From contig CAWGRW010000009.1 of the NCBI GenBank assembly GCA_963825135.1, positions 2,304,001-2,368,000 on the forward strand: DNA of 64,000 nt. The letters are read 5' to 3'. The notes under the pieces are model-generated. The model was not told where the DNA came from. It saw only the letters and a program-made list of their open reading frames with translations, and made no database searches. This document shows positions 36,377-46,458 of the stretch, in pieces. The DNA is from an uncultured bacterium (GTDB taxonomy: Bacteria > Desulfobacterota_D > UBA1144 > Nemesobacterales > UBA2774). Every line of letters begins with the position of its first letter. Within the stretch, counting starts at the first letter, position 1. Both the position numbers and the translations under genes were made by a program.

Positions 36377-37587
36377 TGGGGTTCTCCGCTGTTGAATAGC
36401 CGGCTTTTGCCGGCACCGTTTAATATCTCGGCAAGCATATTTCTCCACCTTTCCATAAACGCATCCTCGCTATACTTCTTTTCTGATACCTTCCGCGTCT
36501 TGATACTATGCTCTCTATGCCAGCTCTCGGGCATCCGCGACACCTCCAGAATCACTCTCTCTATCTCTTCCAGCCCGTCATCCTCGAAAGTTATCCCGAA
36601 GTCCTCCGTATCTATCCCCGTCTCCCTCGTGACCAGCGGGATCAATCCCGAGTACATACACTGAACCACGGAGCCGGGCTGTCCTTCTGCGCATGATGGG
36701 TGTATGACATATGCGCATTTGACTATTAGTTCGTTATATTGCCGGCTGTTAACTCTGACCCATCCTACGGGGTGTATGTTGGGAGTCTTGTAAAGCTCCT
36801 TATAATAGCAAGCACGAAAGTCTTCCTCTTTCTCAAATTCACTGCAGACATAGAGGTTGAGTTCCGGGTGCTTTGGAAATATTTCCAGAAGCAGGTCCAG
36901 ACCCTTCTGTACCTGACTTTTACTTGCATAAAAAAGGAAACTATTGCGCGCCATGGCGAAGTCCTTCGAGTCGGTTAGGAATTCCGTTTCCTTAAACCCA
37001 TAATTATTAAATGGGTAAACAGGGATATTGAACGCTCCTTCCCACGTGCTAATAATATATTCGTTCCCGAAACCTATTATTGCATCCGCATTCTCAACAT
37101 AAGGCATCGATTCGGATTGTATCCGCCGCAGCTTTACGCGGCGTCCCCGCCTCTCGTATAGGAGCTGATGTCTCCTCCGTATGTTCTCATTATGAATTTT
37201 ATGATGCATGGTCGTTGCGAGATATATTCTGATTGAATCAGATTTGAGAGGGAACTCGGATACTTTGTTGCGGATAACCAGGTCGTAATCTCTGGTAGGC
37301 GTGAAATTCCTGCTTCTAACGTCGGCGACATCGACCGCGAATCGCAGGCCGTCGAGAACAGTTGTAACCTGCTGACTTTGCCTGTAATGTTGATGCGTGA
37401 GAAAAAGAGGTCCATTTTCTCTCAGCAGGAAATCCCTGGAGACCCACAACAGAAGGGCGCGTTTAGCATATTCTGACTCGTCTATAGCGTTTGCGTTTAT
37501 GATAGTAGGATAGCTGCTCCTCTTGTCGTACAATGATTTAAGTTTGTTGTAAAAAATGATGATATAGTGCTTTAGCATCTTATTCAT
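36373..37587 (-). CDS. GT-B (family 4-like) glycosyltransferase
   Basis: KGLDLLLEIF, HPSCAEGQPGSVVQCMYSGLIP. Confidence 0.85.
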   Translation of the reverse strand: MNKMLKHYIIIFYNKLKSLYDKRSSYPTIINANAIDESEYAKRALLLWVSRDFLLRENGPLFLTHQHYRQSQQVTTVLDGLRFAVDVADVRSRNFTPTRDYDLVIRNKVSEFPLKSDSIRIYLATTMHHKIHNENIRRRHQLLYERRGRRVKLRRIQSESMPYVENADAIIGFGNEYIISTWEGAFNIPVYPFNNYGFKETEFLTDSKDFAMARNSFLFYASKSQVQKGLDLLLEIFPKHPELNLYVCSEFEKEEDFRACYYKELYKTPNIHPVGWVRVNSRQYNELIVKCAYVIHPSCAEGQPGSVVQCMYSGLIPLVTRETGIDTEDFGITFEDDGLEEIERVILEVSRMPESWHREHSIKTRKVSEKKYSEDAFMERWRNMLAEILNGAGKSRLFNSGEPQ

Positions 37588-37635
37588 AGTAGATATACTA
37601 TCGTCAGCGGAAAAACCCGCATCCGGCGAGACGAT

Positions 37636-38805
37636 TCAGAGATGAAGCCGATTCTGAATCCATACGCCGGTATTTATTGCCCTTAAACCCAATGCATACA
37701 ACCCAAGTTTGGCTGACAGCCGTAAAATCAGGCTCCTCAGCTGCCGGCGCCGTCTTCTTGTTCTGTTGACGTCATATATATGCGAGCCGGGTGCCTTCGA
37801 GAGCAGTTTAGCCAGGTATGAAAAGCTCGATCTCGAGTCGAGAATGAGATAATCGCATTCAGCGAGCAGGTATAAATCAACCAGCGCTTCTATGCCGTTC
37901 TCTATACGGTCGGGACAATCTTGGTTCTGATGTATATGTGACCCCGGAGCAGGATACCAGTGAGGCGCGGTAAGTACGTTCGGATAACTATTCTCCAATT
38001 CTTTCTTGATTTGCTCATTGTCAGTCGCGAGGAAGATTCGGCTGGAAGGCATGCGCTTGAGAACCGAGTCGAGTTTTCCGAGGATATTGGAGAGAGCGAC
38101 TTTCCTGTCGGAATAGCGGACATGCAGGCCGAGTGTATTGGAAAGAAAATGTTCACGCCTGAACTGATCGACCCGCTCACGTATCTCGCTTTGGAGTATG
38201 AGGTCTTCCTTCAGAAGTTCTTTCAATATTTGTTCGGTGCTCGAATAAGCAATTCGTTTATATTTGCCATTGAAATACCCCCTCAGATCGTCGACTGTCT
38301 CCATATGCGTCCACATGATCAACAAGTCTTCGCTGTAGTCAAGCTTCGCGGGATCGATCGATAATCTCCGACGGCTTTCTTCCGAATCAGTGATATTTCC
38401 GAGGAGCCTCTCCATATCTCGTACGGAGTTGTGCAGATTCCCGTTCCATATATCAGGGCTTACGGAATCTGCTTCTGGGAATTGATCCTTTGGACTGACA
38501 AGCGGGCATTTAAAAAATCTGTGAAAAGAGTTCGTTCCATCGTTAGTATAAGTGGGATCACTCCAGTCGATATACAATTTCCTTCCGCTTAGCTTGGAGT
38601 AAAGTATGCCGGTCAGCAAAGACTGCATCCGGTTTCCCAACCCTGCTTTACCCTTGACTAAAAGAAATTTATCTTTGCGCAAGATATTGTTCTCACAATG
38701 AATATTGATATAAAGATACCGGAGTTCCGTCCCTGCCTCGTCTTGTGATGGTTTCAGCTTGTATATAGACGAAAAGATAATATTTTCATCGATTCCCCAT
38801 GTCAA
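37636..38805 (-). CDS. NodZ-like (GT23) fucosyltransferase family protein
   Basis: GLGNRM, GLHVRYSD, FLATDN, ALVDLYLLAECD, SSFS; true start probably downstream of 38805. Confidence 0.8.
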   Translation of the reverse strand: MTWGIDENIIFSSIYKLKPSQDEAGTELRYLYINIHCENNILRKDKFLLVKGKAGLGNRMQSLLTGILYSKLSGRKLYIDWSDPTYTNDGTNSFHRFFKCPLVSPKDQFPEADSVSPDIWNGNLHNSVRDMERLLGNITDSEESRRRLSIDPAKLDYSEDLLIMWTHMETVDDLRGYFNGKYKRIAYSSTEQILKELLKEDLILQSEIRERVDQFRREHFLSNTLGLHVRYSDRKVALSNILGKLDSVLKRMPSSRIFLATDNEQIKKELENSYPNVLTAPHWYPAPGSHIHQNQDCPDRIENGIEALVDLYLLAECDYLILDSRSSFSYLAKLLSKAPGSHIYDVNRTRRRRRQLRSLILRLSAKLGLYALGLRAINTGVWIQNRLHL

Positions 38806-38815
38806 ATATATAGAC

Positions 38816-39747
38816 TTAGAAATATTTTTCCTCTCCGTTATTCTTCAATATCTCGGTGAGCATATATCCCCATCTATCCATAAATGCGTTCTCGCTGTAT
38901 TTTTCCACAGAAGCCTCGCGCACCCTGATGCCATATTCCCTGTGCCGGCTATCGGGCAGCTCCGACACTTCGCGTATTACCCTCTCTATCTCCTCCATGC
39001 AATCGTCGGAAAAAGTCACCCCGAAGTCCTCCGTATCTATCCCGGCCTCTTTCGTGACGAGCGGGATTAAACCTGAATACATACACTGAACAACCGAGCC
39101 GAGCCGTCCCTCTGAACAGGAAGGAAGGATGGATGGATGGATGGATGGATTACAGAAGCACACTTCCCTACGAGCTCATTGTATTCGGAGCCATTGACCG
39201 GTACCCACCCGATCGGGTGAATGTTCGGGGTCTCGTACAGCTCCTGGTGATAGCACTCACAAAAATCCCTCTCCTTTTCATACTCGATGCGGATGTAAAG
39301 GTGAAGGTCAGGATGCTTCGGGAATATTTCCAGCAGCAGGTCCAACCCCTTCGGCATTTGGCTTTTACTTGCAAAGAACGGGAAATTCTTCCGCTCCAGT
39401 GAGAAGTCCTTCGAATCAACAAAGGACCCCGTCTCCTTAAAACCGTAGTTATTGAATGGATACGCCGGAAGATTAAATGCCGTTCTCCATGTACTCATTA
39501 TGAACTCGTTCCCGAAACCAATGATTGCGTCCGACCTTTCTACATAAGGCATCGCATCCGAATAAAATCGCCTCAATTGCACCCGACATCCCCGCCTCTC
39601 GGATAGTAGCTCATGCCGCTTCAGTAAGTTCCTGTTATGGATATCGTGCGATAAAGTAGTGGTAAGGTATATTCTCATTACATCTTTGTTGAGCGGGGTA
39701 TCAACTCCTCTATTGCAAATAACAAGGTGGTAGTCTCTGGAAGCGGT
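38816..39747 (-). pseudogene. GT4-like glycosyltransferase paralog, 5'-truncated and frameshifted at a tetranucleotide repeat
   Basis: ORFs 39067..39678 and 38816..39163 are collinear with 36373..37587; break at (ATCC)6(TTCC)2. Confidence 0.85.
39119..39150. repeat. Simple sequence repeat (GGAA)2(GGAT)6
   Basis: Read directly from the sequence. Confidence 0.95.
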
Positions 39748-39784
39748 TTATATTGTTGACGCAACTGTTTTCCTATACGCTCAA

Positions 39785-40831
39785 TCACTTATTCAGGTAT
39801 CTTTGTATTTTCGCGACCCTGCCTATCATGATTATACCCCAGGTAAATAGCCCCAGCTTGGACATGAGCCGGGTGATCTGCCTGCGTAGACGAGGAGAGT
39901 GTTTCCCTCGACTCCCGACGTCGTATATATTCGACTCGGGCGCATTCGTGAGCAGTTTGGCGATATAAGAAAAGCTCGAGCTTGTATCAATTATTATGTG
40001 ATCACATTCCGGGAGGAGATATAGATCTACCAAGGCTTCTATCCCGCTTTCTAGAGCGTCGGGACGCTTCCGATTCTGATGTATGTTCATCCCGGGTGTC
40101 GGCGAATACCAGTGTGGTGTGGTGATAACGTCCGGATAAAGTTCTTCGATCATGTTCTTTATTTGCAGATTGTCCGTAGACAAAAAGATTCGCAGTCCCG
40201 GCTCCCGTTTAATTAACGAGTTCAGCTTTTTTAGCATTGCCCAAATATTGGTCCTGTGGTCGGTATATCGAACATGTACGCCGACCATTTTTGGGCCGAA
40301 ATTATTCTCCTTAAACCTGTCGACCCGTTTGCGGATTTCCGGACGGAGCGGTAGATGCTCCCTGAGCAGTTTTCTCAGTATGTTGTCCGTGCTTATCCCG
40401 TTGAGTTCGGCAAATGTCTCCTTAAAGTGTTTCCTCAGTAAATCCACCTTATCGTCGTATGTCCACATGACTATGACGTCCTCGTCATGATCCAATCTCC
40501 CCAGATCGACAGAGAATATTTGCCACGCTTCGGGGTTGTAGACTTGCCCTTCCTGCTTTCTCATATACCAGGCTGACTCGCGCAGATTGCCGCGCCAAAT
40601 AGGAGGGCTGACGGAATCTGTTGCCGGAATTTCATCCGTTGGGTTTGTTAACGAACATTCGAAGTAACGATGAAAAACGTTGGATCCATCGGAAGAATAA
40701 TAGTGATCACTCCAATCGATAATGAGTCTTCGCCCGGTCAGACGTGTGTACAAAATCCCGGTCAAAGCCGAGAGCATTCGATTACCTAACCCAGCTATGC
40801 CTTTTACGATTAGATATTTCTCTTCGCTCAT
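39785..40831 (-). CDS. NodZ-like (GT23) fucosyltransferase family protein
   Basis: GLGNRM, GVHVRYTD, FLSTDN, ALVDLYLL, SSFS; paralog of 37636..38805. Confidence 0.82.
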   Translation of the reverse strand: MSEEKYLIVKGIAGLGNRMLSALTGILYTRLTGRRLIIDWSDHYYSSDGSNVFHRYFECSLTNPTDEIPATDSVSPPIWRGNLRESAWYMRKQEGQVYNPEAWQIFSVDLGRLDHDEDVIVMWTYDDKVDLLRKHFKETFAELNGISTDNILRKLLREHLPLRPEIRKRVDRFKENNFGPKMVGVHVRYTDHRTNIWAMLKKLNSLIKREPGLRIFLSTDNLQIKNMIEELYPDVITTPHWYSPTPGMNIHQNRKRPDALESGIEALVDLYLLPECDHIIIDTSSSFSYIAKLLTNAPESNIYDVGSRGKHSPRLRRQITRLMSKLGLFTWGIIMIGRVAKIQRYLNK

Positions 40832-41109
40832 AATAGATTTACATTTGAGATTACAACTGCGGTAATATCTTGTCTATACGGTTATCAAAATCGTTCTTAT
40901 ATATTTGGAGATTTCACAAACCTTACAAACCTTCGCATAAGACCTAAACCAAGTGGAAAGAGCTCAGGACCGGGCATTATACGCCGGTTTACGAACGGAG
41001 TACATCTATATACCCTCTCTCCCTGCCCTGGCGTGAACGTTGAATACTACTTGGGTCGGTCATCTTCTAAAGCGGGGTGGGTGGATCAAGAAAAAATGAA
41101 GGTTTTCTG

Positions 41110-41769
41110 CTAATTGTTTTGGCAAATCCACTTGTAACTGTATGAAATATCGTACATGTTGTTGCTCTTGTCCCTTGCGTGCCCGCAAACGACCTCGGCG
41201 TCGAGCGCGAGCTTCCCTCCGTCGTTAGTGATAAAAAAATCATATTGCGGGCTGCACTGGCCGCTGCACTTCTTGTACATGTCCTGACCGTCCGCCCCCT
41301 TACCCCTCGAAAAGTTGGAGAACCAATCCTGCACCTGCGACATGGTATCAAACTGTTTGTTATATTCAAACGGATCTTTCTGAGTCTGTTCCAGAAGTTT
41401 CTGACATTTGTTATAATCGGAGTAGCTGGTCAAGAACTTCTGAGGAACAGCCTTAAAAATAATTACGGGCGTAGTCCTTATCTCACAGCCCGCCGGACAG
41501 AAATCTGCCGGTTTAACTGCATGGGGCATGCCGGCTTCCGCTTTCTGCAGGATGGCGCCGGATTCGTATCTTACCGAGCCCGGTTTATTGCCTTCGTTTG
41601 CGAAAAGAGAAGCTGTCCCCTGAGTGGATGCCTCAGCTACGTCTTTTTCGATATCCGAGCATGTATCGGATCCTTTAGCCCCCGTTGTATTGAGCAGGAG
41701 GAGTGCGGCGAAAAAGAGTATTTGCGATAATATCGTCAACGATCGTCTGATTCTGTATGTCATGTGCAT
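41110..41769 (-). CDS. Secreted hypothetical protein with several Cys
   Basis: Signal peptide, 8 Cys including CPAGC and CSGQC; AAGGA RBS. Confidence 0.65.
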   Translation of the reverse strand: MHMTYRIRRSLTILSQILFFAALLLLNTTGAKGSDTCSDIEKDVAEASTQGTASLFANEGNKPGSVRYESGAILQKAEAGMPHAVKPADFCPAGCEIRTTPVIIFKAVPQKFLTSYSDYNKCQKLLEQTQKDPFEYNKQFDTMSQVQDWFSNFSRGKGADGQDMYKKCSGQCSPQYDFFITNDGGKLALDAEVVCGHARDKSNNMYDISYSYKWICQNN

Positions 41770-42018
41770 TTCCTTTTAAATGTGGTTATTTTGTGAAGCG
41801 GGCATAAATAGCGCCCTCCTGAATATCCACTAAATATACATCTTTAAAAGACTTTATGATAAATATTTTTCAAACGTGCGGCTTGTGTGCGATTCATCCG
41901 GCCGAATGCGGATTTTGTCGTATCTTTTCGGCCAGCGTGATATTAACTCAGTTTTTCCATTCGGGTGAAACCCCCGCCGTCAGGATTATTCCCGCACTCT
42001 CCGTTCAAAACGTATGGT

Positions 42019-44439
42019 TTATTCAGGGGACGAACCGCCTGGGACTGAGGTTCTCCAATGAGCGGTTCGTGAGGCGCGCATAGAATTTTTGTTTGATTCG
42101 AGGAAGGAATTAATTTTGTCTCTTAATATGTCGGAGATTTCTCTCAAATTAGTGAATCTTTCATACTCGCTTCCATCATATCGAGAAGATTCGGGATCTC
42201 GCACATCCTCCTTAGTCGAAGCTGTATGCCTGCCCTCTGATGGTATTCGTGTTTCGATCAGCTTGATTAGTTTCCCGGCCTTCTCACGGAACGCTTCGTA
42301 CCTCGCTTGATCCTTGATGTTTATGAGAGACCTGAGTTGAGGAAATATCGCATAAGATTCCAGGATAATCCTGTCATCATCGAGGCCCGCTTTCAACAAA
42401 TACCGTTTATTGTCTCCGAGCTTGGTAAAGTACACCGTGCGTCCCTGAAGGACAAAATACAGATTATCGACCCTGGCTTTGGAGAGCATACTAAACCCAC
42501 GCTCTTTATTACGCCCGTAATACCCAATCAGCTTTTCTGTTATCTGGTAACGGCTAAGGTCATAAATGAAGTAATCGGTATTATGATCGGGGCGATAAAA
42601 TACGGGATAGTCAGCGATTTCTTCTTTCAGTACAATGGAAATATCCCGAGCCCTATTGAGGCCCCCTCTATCGACGGGCTCTTTTTCTTCAGGAGTCTCC
42701 GGGCTTTCACCACTATCATTTAGATACACATATTCTCCGGGAGTGACACTTCCGCTCGTCGCGAGGTCGAAAAGATGGAGCAGTCTCGCCAGAATAGCGG
42801 GGTGTAGTCCGTCGCTCCCCAGCTCCGAGGATTTCAATAACAGGTCCTCAATTTCGAGCTTCGATTCGGATATCCTGTTTTCATGACGGGTCAAAATTTT
42901 ATTTTCCTCTATTCCGTTTAGCATGGACCGGAAGCACCTTCCAATCAGCCTCTCTCTCAATTGCAGTTCATAATGATTAATTGGGCGGGCCGCTATATTT
43001 TGCTCTATCGTGTCCAGGCGCCAATGGGCCTTATAGAAATGGTGTAACGCCTTGAGGGCAGGGCTGAAACGGTTAGTGAAAGTAATTCTGTCTCTATCAT
43101 AAACTACGAGCGGGCCGCCCGATTTTTTACCCCGGAACAAATCGCCCAGAATATTCCATTCCCCTGAGGTGTAAACAACGACGTGAACTCCTATTTTATC
43201 TTTTCCGAAAGGGGGCAGCGTATATCTCAGTTTTTTCTCCAGATTCTTGAGTAATCCATACACGCTTTCATTGTCTCTCTCCCTAACTACGATGACGAAA
43301 TCAATATCGCTCAGGCCCGGCGCTATGTCCCCGCCCGCCATACTGCCCGTCAGGAAGACCGAACGAATTTCAGGCGACATACGAAAAATCAAGGTCGCGG
43401 CTCTTGCGCACAGGGAGTACGCGGCTCTACCGGAGAATTTAAGCCCTTTTATGCTGCTGATTCTAAATAAAGATTCCTTTAGGTCCAATCTGAAATAATC
43501 CGCCTTCCGATCATATGTCGACTGTCTTTTTGATTCCGTGTAGAAGCTCCCGTAATAAGTAACGAGGAATAAGATTATGAAAGGGGACAGTGCCAGGTAC
43601 TCGAATCCGCGGCCGATATTATAAGATAGCTTTACCCAGCGGCAATATCTTTCGATTGTTGATGAAAAAACACTCATTAGAGGTTGTATTCCCGTTGTGA
43701 CCGGATATTGTGACTTCAACGCCCTGAAATGGCTTTTTCCGTATCTGACCCTCTGACCCAGATAACCGAAGAGCCCTTTATCTTCCCAGTGGTCAATATA
43801 TTTATTCATGAAGAAATAAACGGGCATGTTGCTCGAGGCCATCCTCATCCCGAATTCCCCGTCCTCGCCCGTGAGAAAGTCCTCATTGAAGTATCCAAGT
43901 GAATCGAATACCTCCTTCCTGAATACCGCTCCCCTGGAAGGCGGAAGATCGAGACTTTTAACCACATCGTTATCGAGCTCTCGTTTTTCGACTCTCTGAA
44001 GGAGAGTCATCTGGAGATAGAGTCTCTGCACGTACCTAAAAACACTCGGACCCGTCGGTCTGATGTTATGAGTAATAACCCAGGCGTCGGGATTTCTGTC
44101 GAGGAATTCCATAACGTCAAACAGATAATACTCAGGAAGCGTATAGTCGTCCGCAATAAATCCTATCAATTTTCCCCGCGACTTTCTTAAACCGAAGTTC
44201 CTGGTCGAGGCAACGCCTTCATTTTTCTTTTTGTAATATCTGATTCCGAGGGTTTCTTTAAACTGGTTGATTACGGGGAGATTATCCGTTTCAGACCCGT
44301 CATCGACTACGATGACCTCAAACAGTATTTCCCCCCTTTCCATTCTCAATATCGAGTCGAGACATCTCCTGAGACCTTCACTGCGGTTGAATGTCAGAAT
44401 AACGAGCGAAATATCTGCGATTGGCGGATCGTTTATCAT
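42019..44439 (-). CDS. GT2 glycosyltransferase fused to a Pol-beta-like nucleotidyltransferase domain
   Basis: VVDDGS / GEDGEF GT2 domain; SVFLTGSMAGGDIAPGLSDIDFVIV (GS...DxD) NTase motif. Confidence 0.8.
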   Translation of the reverse strand: MINDPPIADISLVILTFNRSEGLRRCLDSILRMERGEILFEVIVVDDGSETDNLPVINQFKETLGIRYYKKKNEGVASTRNFGLRKSRGKLIGFIADDYTLPEYYLFDVMEFLDRNPDAWVITHNIRPTGPSVFRYVQRLYLQMTLLQRVEKRELDNDVVKSLDLPPSRGAVFRKEVFDSLGYFNEDFLTGEDGEFGMRMASSNMPVYFFMNKYIDHWEDKGLFGYLGQRVRYGKSHFRALKSQYPVTTGIQPLMSVFSSTIERYCRWVKLSYNIGRGFEYLALSPFIILFLVTYYGSFYTESKRQSTYDRKADYFRLDLKESLFRISSIKGLKFSGRAAYSLCARAATLIFRMSPEIRSVFLTGSMAGGDIAPGLSDIDFVIVVRERDNESVYGLLKNLEKKLRYTLPPFGKDKIGVHVVVYTSGEWNILGDLFRGKKSGGPLVVYDRDRITFTNRFSPALKALHHFYKAHWRLDTIEQNIAARPINHYELQLRERLIGRCFRSMLNGIEENKILTRHENRISESKLEIEDLLLKSSELGSDGLHPAILARLLHLFDLATSGSVTPGEYVYLNDSGESPETPEEKEPVDRGGLNRARDISIVLKEEIADYPVFYRPDHNTDYFIYDLSRYQITEKLIGYYGRNKERGFSMLSKARVDNLYFVLQGRTVYFTKLGDNKRYLLKAGLDDDRIILESYAIFPQLRSLINIKDQARYEAFREKAGKLIKLIETRIPSEGRHTASTKEDVRDPESSRYDGSEYERFTNLREISDILRDKINSFLESNKNSMRASRTAHWRTSVPGGSSPE

Positions 44440-44442
44440 TTT

Positions 44443-45441
44443 TCATTTCTTCAGATTAGAGATAAATTCTTTGAATACACTGAAGTTTTTCTCCGTATCC
44501 CTCGATAAGAATATTTGGTAACAATCCGTCTTCTTAACGAATCTTATAGCGGACACGGTTCTCCTGAAAAAGACCGGGACCAATGTAATAATTTCTTTTA
44601 GCGGGTTGTTAAAGACGAATTCCATACCCTGGTAAAGCCCGAAACCGATTATTGCCGATCCTATAAGACTGATAAAAGCCCCGTATCCGGAAATTTGCTC
44701 GACGTACGGGTCTCCGTTTATCAGCCTACGGGCAACGAAATAAATCTTCTTATCGAGTTCCCTCTTCTCCAATCTATTATTCCAATATTCCATATCGACG
44801 AAGAATTTCCGTCCGAACTCCATCCGATCGAGCTCGTAAACATATTCGTCCGGTATGTATTTAACTTTGTTCTCGTCCAGGGTTCCGATTCGCAGGGGAA
44901 AAGGCAGCACGCGGCCCGAACTGTTCACGAGCGCCTCATCATCGGAGATGATATTAAAGTTATCGCTCTCAAGCAGGGCGAAGGCCATTGTCGATTTTCC
45001 TCCGCCGGCATCTGCCGCGAATAGTACTGCGGTGTCTCCGAATGAGAATGCCAGGGCATGTATTCTGAATATTCGGTTCTTATCGCAAAATTGCCCGAAT
45101 ATGAACAATACCAACAAGTAGAACGCCTCCTGGAGAAAGTTCGGGTCTGTGCCGTAGATCGTGAATTTCCGTTCCCCGCTCTCTTCCACGACTACCCCTT
45201 TGCCGAAATAATCGATTATTTTTATGCCAACCCCCTTAAATACTATGTTGCGGGGGGTCGAGAAGCTCGCCTTCAGCCTGGGGAAACTATCATAAGGAGG
45301 TTCAGTCGTTTGAACGAATATCTCGACTACGGGGAGACCAGAGTTCGTAATGAAGTACTTGAACGGCCTCTGCAGCCGCGTTAGAAGCTCGTCCGACTGG
45401 CAATGAGTTTGTACGATTAGTCCGTGTATGTCTATGAACAT
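44443..45441 (-). CDS. HPr kinase-related P-loop protein
   Basis: IHALA...GGGKST (Walker A)...ISDD, PFPLRI motifs. Confidence 0.75.
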   Translation of the reverse strand: MFIDIHGLIVQTHCQSDELLTRLQRPFKYFITNSGLPVVEIFVQTTEPPYDSFPRLKASFSTPRNIVFKGVGIKIIDYFGKGVVVEESGERKFTIYGTDPNFLQEAFYLLVLFIFGQFCDKNRIFRIHALAFSFGDTAVLFAADAGGGKSTMAFALLESDNFNIISDDEALVNSSGRVLPFPLRIGTLDENKVKYIPDEYVYELDRMEFGRKFFVDMEYWNNRLEKRELDKKIYFVARRLINGDPYVEQISGYGAFISLIGSAIIGFGLYQGMEFVFNNPLKEIITLVPVFFRRTVSAIRFVKKTDCYQIFLSRDTEKNFSVFKEFISNLKK

Positions 45442-45832
45442 GGTTACGTAAAATGCAGAAATTCACGTACTGCGTGTGCGAGTAAAGTGATATTTATTAT
45501 CCGGGTGAACCGCTTTTTGATTGTATCATAAGGGCTATTGATTACAATTTAATCATTAACCCGCGAGCATCGCTATGAGCAGTTTTCATCGGCATTTGAG
45601 CAAAATGGTCCGGCATTCCCTCCGGCCGTCGGGTTCAATCGGTTCCTTCCTGTCTCCAAAATCCGGGGCGCATCCGGAGTCCGTTTATAAGATCTATGAC
45701 AATTCGCCCAGGCTCGAGTTGATACCCTGAATATCCTCGTTCGGTCCAATCAATCTTGTGTTGTCTTCCAACATATGATAATTTGTTTTCAGGGGAGAGG
45801 GATCCTTTCAATCTATTACTTAGAGAGACTTC

Positions 45833-46447
45833 ATGGGAATAACGGTCAAGGGCATGACGGTACCGGCCTTATTGGTCAAACTGGATGAAAATTTGTCGGT
45901 GGAAGAGAATATTTCACAAATAAAAGAGAAACTCTCCAGCGATTTCTTTAAGGGTTCTCTTGCTGTCATCGATTACGAAGGCACGAAAATTTCCGAAGAT
46001 AATTTGAAGAAAATAGAGGAAGCGGTAAGGAACTCGAGCACAAAATTCGTCGGGTATAAGCCGTCCCTTAAGCTCGAAAAGCCCTCTAAGACAGCGGTTT
46101 CCGAACCGAAACAGGACATCAGAACCCTCAAGCTGATAAACAAGAATATGAGAAGCGGGCAGAATGTGGAGCACGAAGGGGACGTCCTCGTTATAGGGGA
46201 TGTAAACCCGGGTTCCTATATTACGGCTTCGGGAAATATCGTAGTCATGGGCACATTGAGAGGGATAGTCCATGCGGGGGCAGGGGGGGATGACGGCGCA
46301 ATTGTGATTGCGTTAAAGCTCAGGCCCCAGCAGCTGAGGATAGCAAGATGGATAACGAGATCCCCGGACGTATCGGACGATCCGGAGTACCCGGAGAAGG
46401 CCTATGTCAAAAACAACCAGATTTTCATTGAAAAAATTCGAAGCTAA
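45833..46447 (+). CDS. minC: Septum site-determining protein MinC
   Basis: MRSGQ...GDVNPGS..TASGNIVVMGTLRGIVHAGA. Confidence 0.95.
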   Translation: MGITVKGMTVPALLVKLDENLSVEENISQIKEKLSSDFFKGSLAVIDYEGTKISEDNLKKIEEAVRNSSTKFVGYKPSLKLEKPSKTAVSEPKQDIRTLKLINKNMRSGQNVEHEGDVLVIGDVNPGSYITASGNIVVMGTLRGIVHAGAGGDDGAIVIALKLRPQQLRIARWITRSPDVSDDPEYPEKAYVKNNQIFIEKIRS

Positions 46448-46458
46448 GGGGTATCAAT

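Noticed and set aside
42019..45441. Lasso peptide cluster
   Set aside because: No asparagine-synthetase-like cyclase, B protein, PqqD/RRE or lasso-like precursor is visible nearby.
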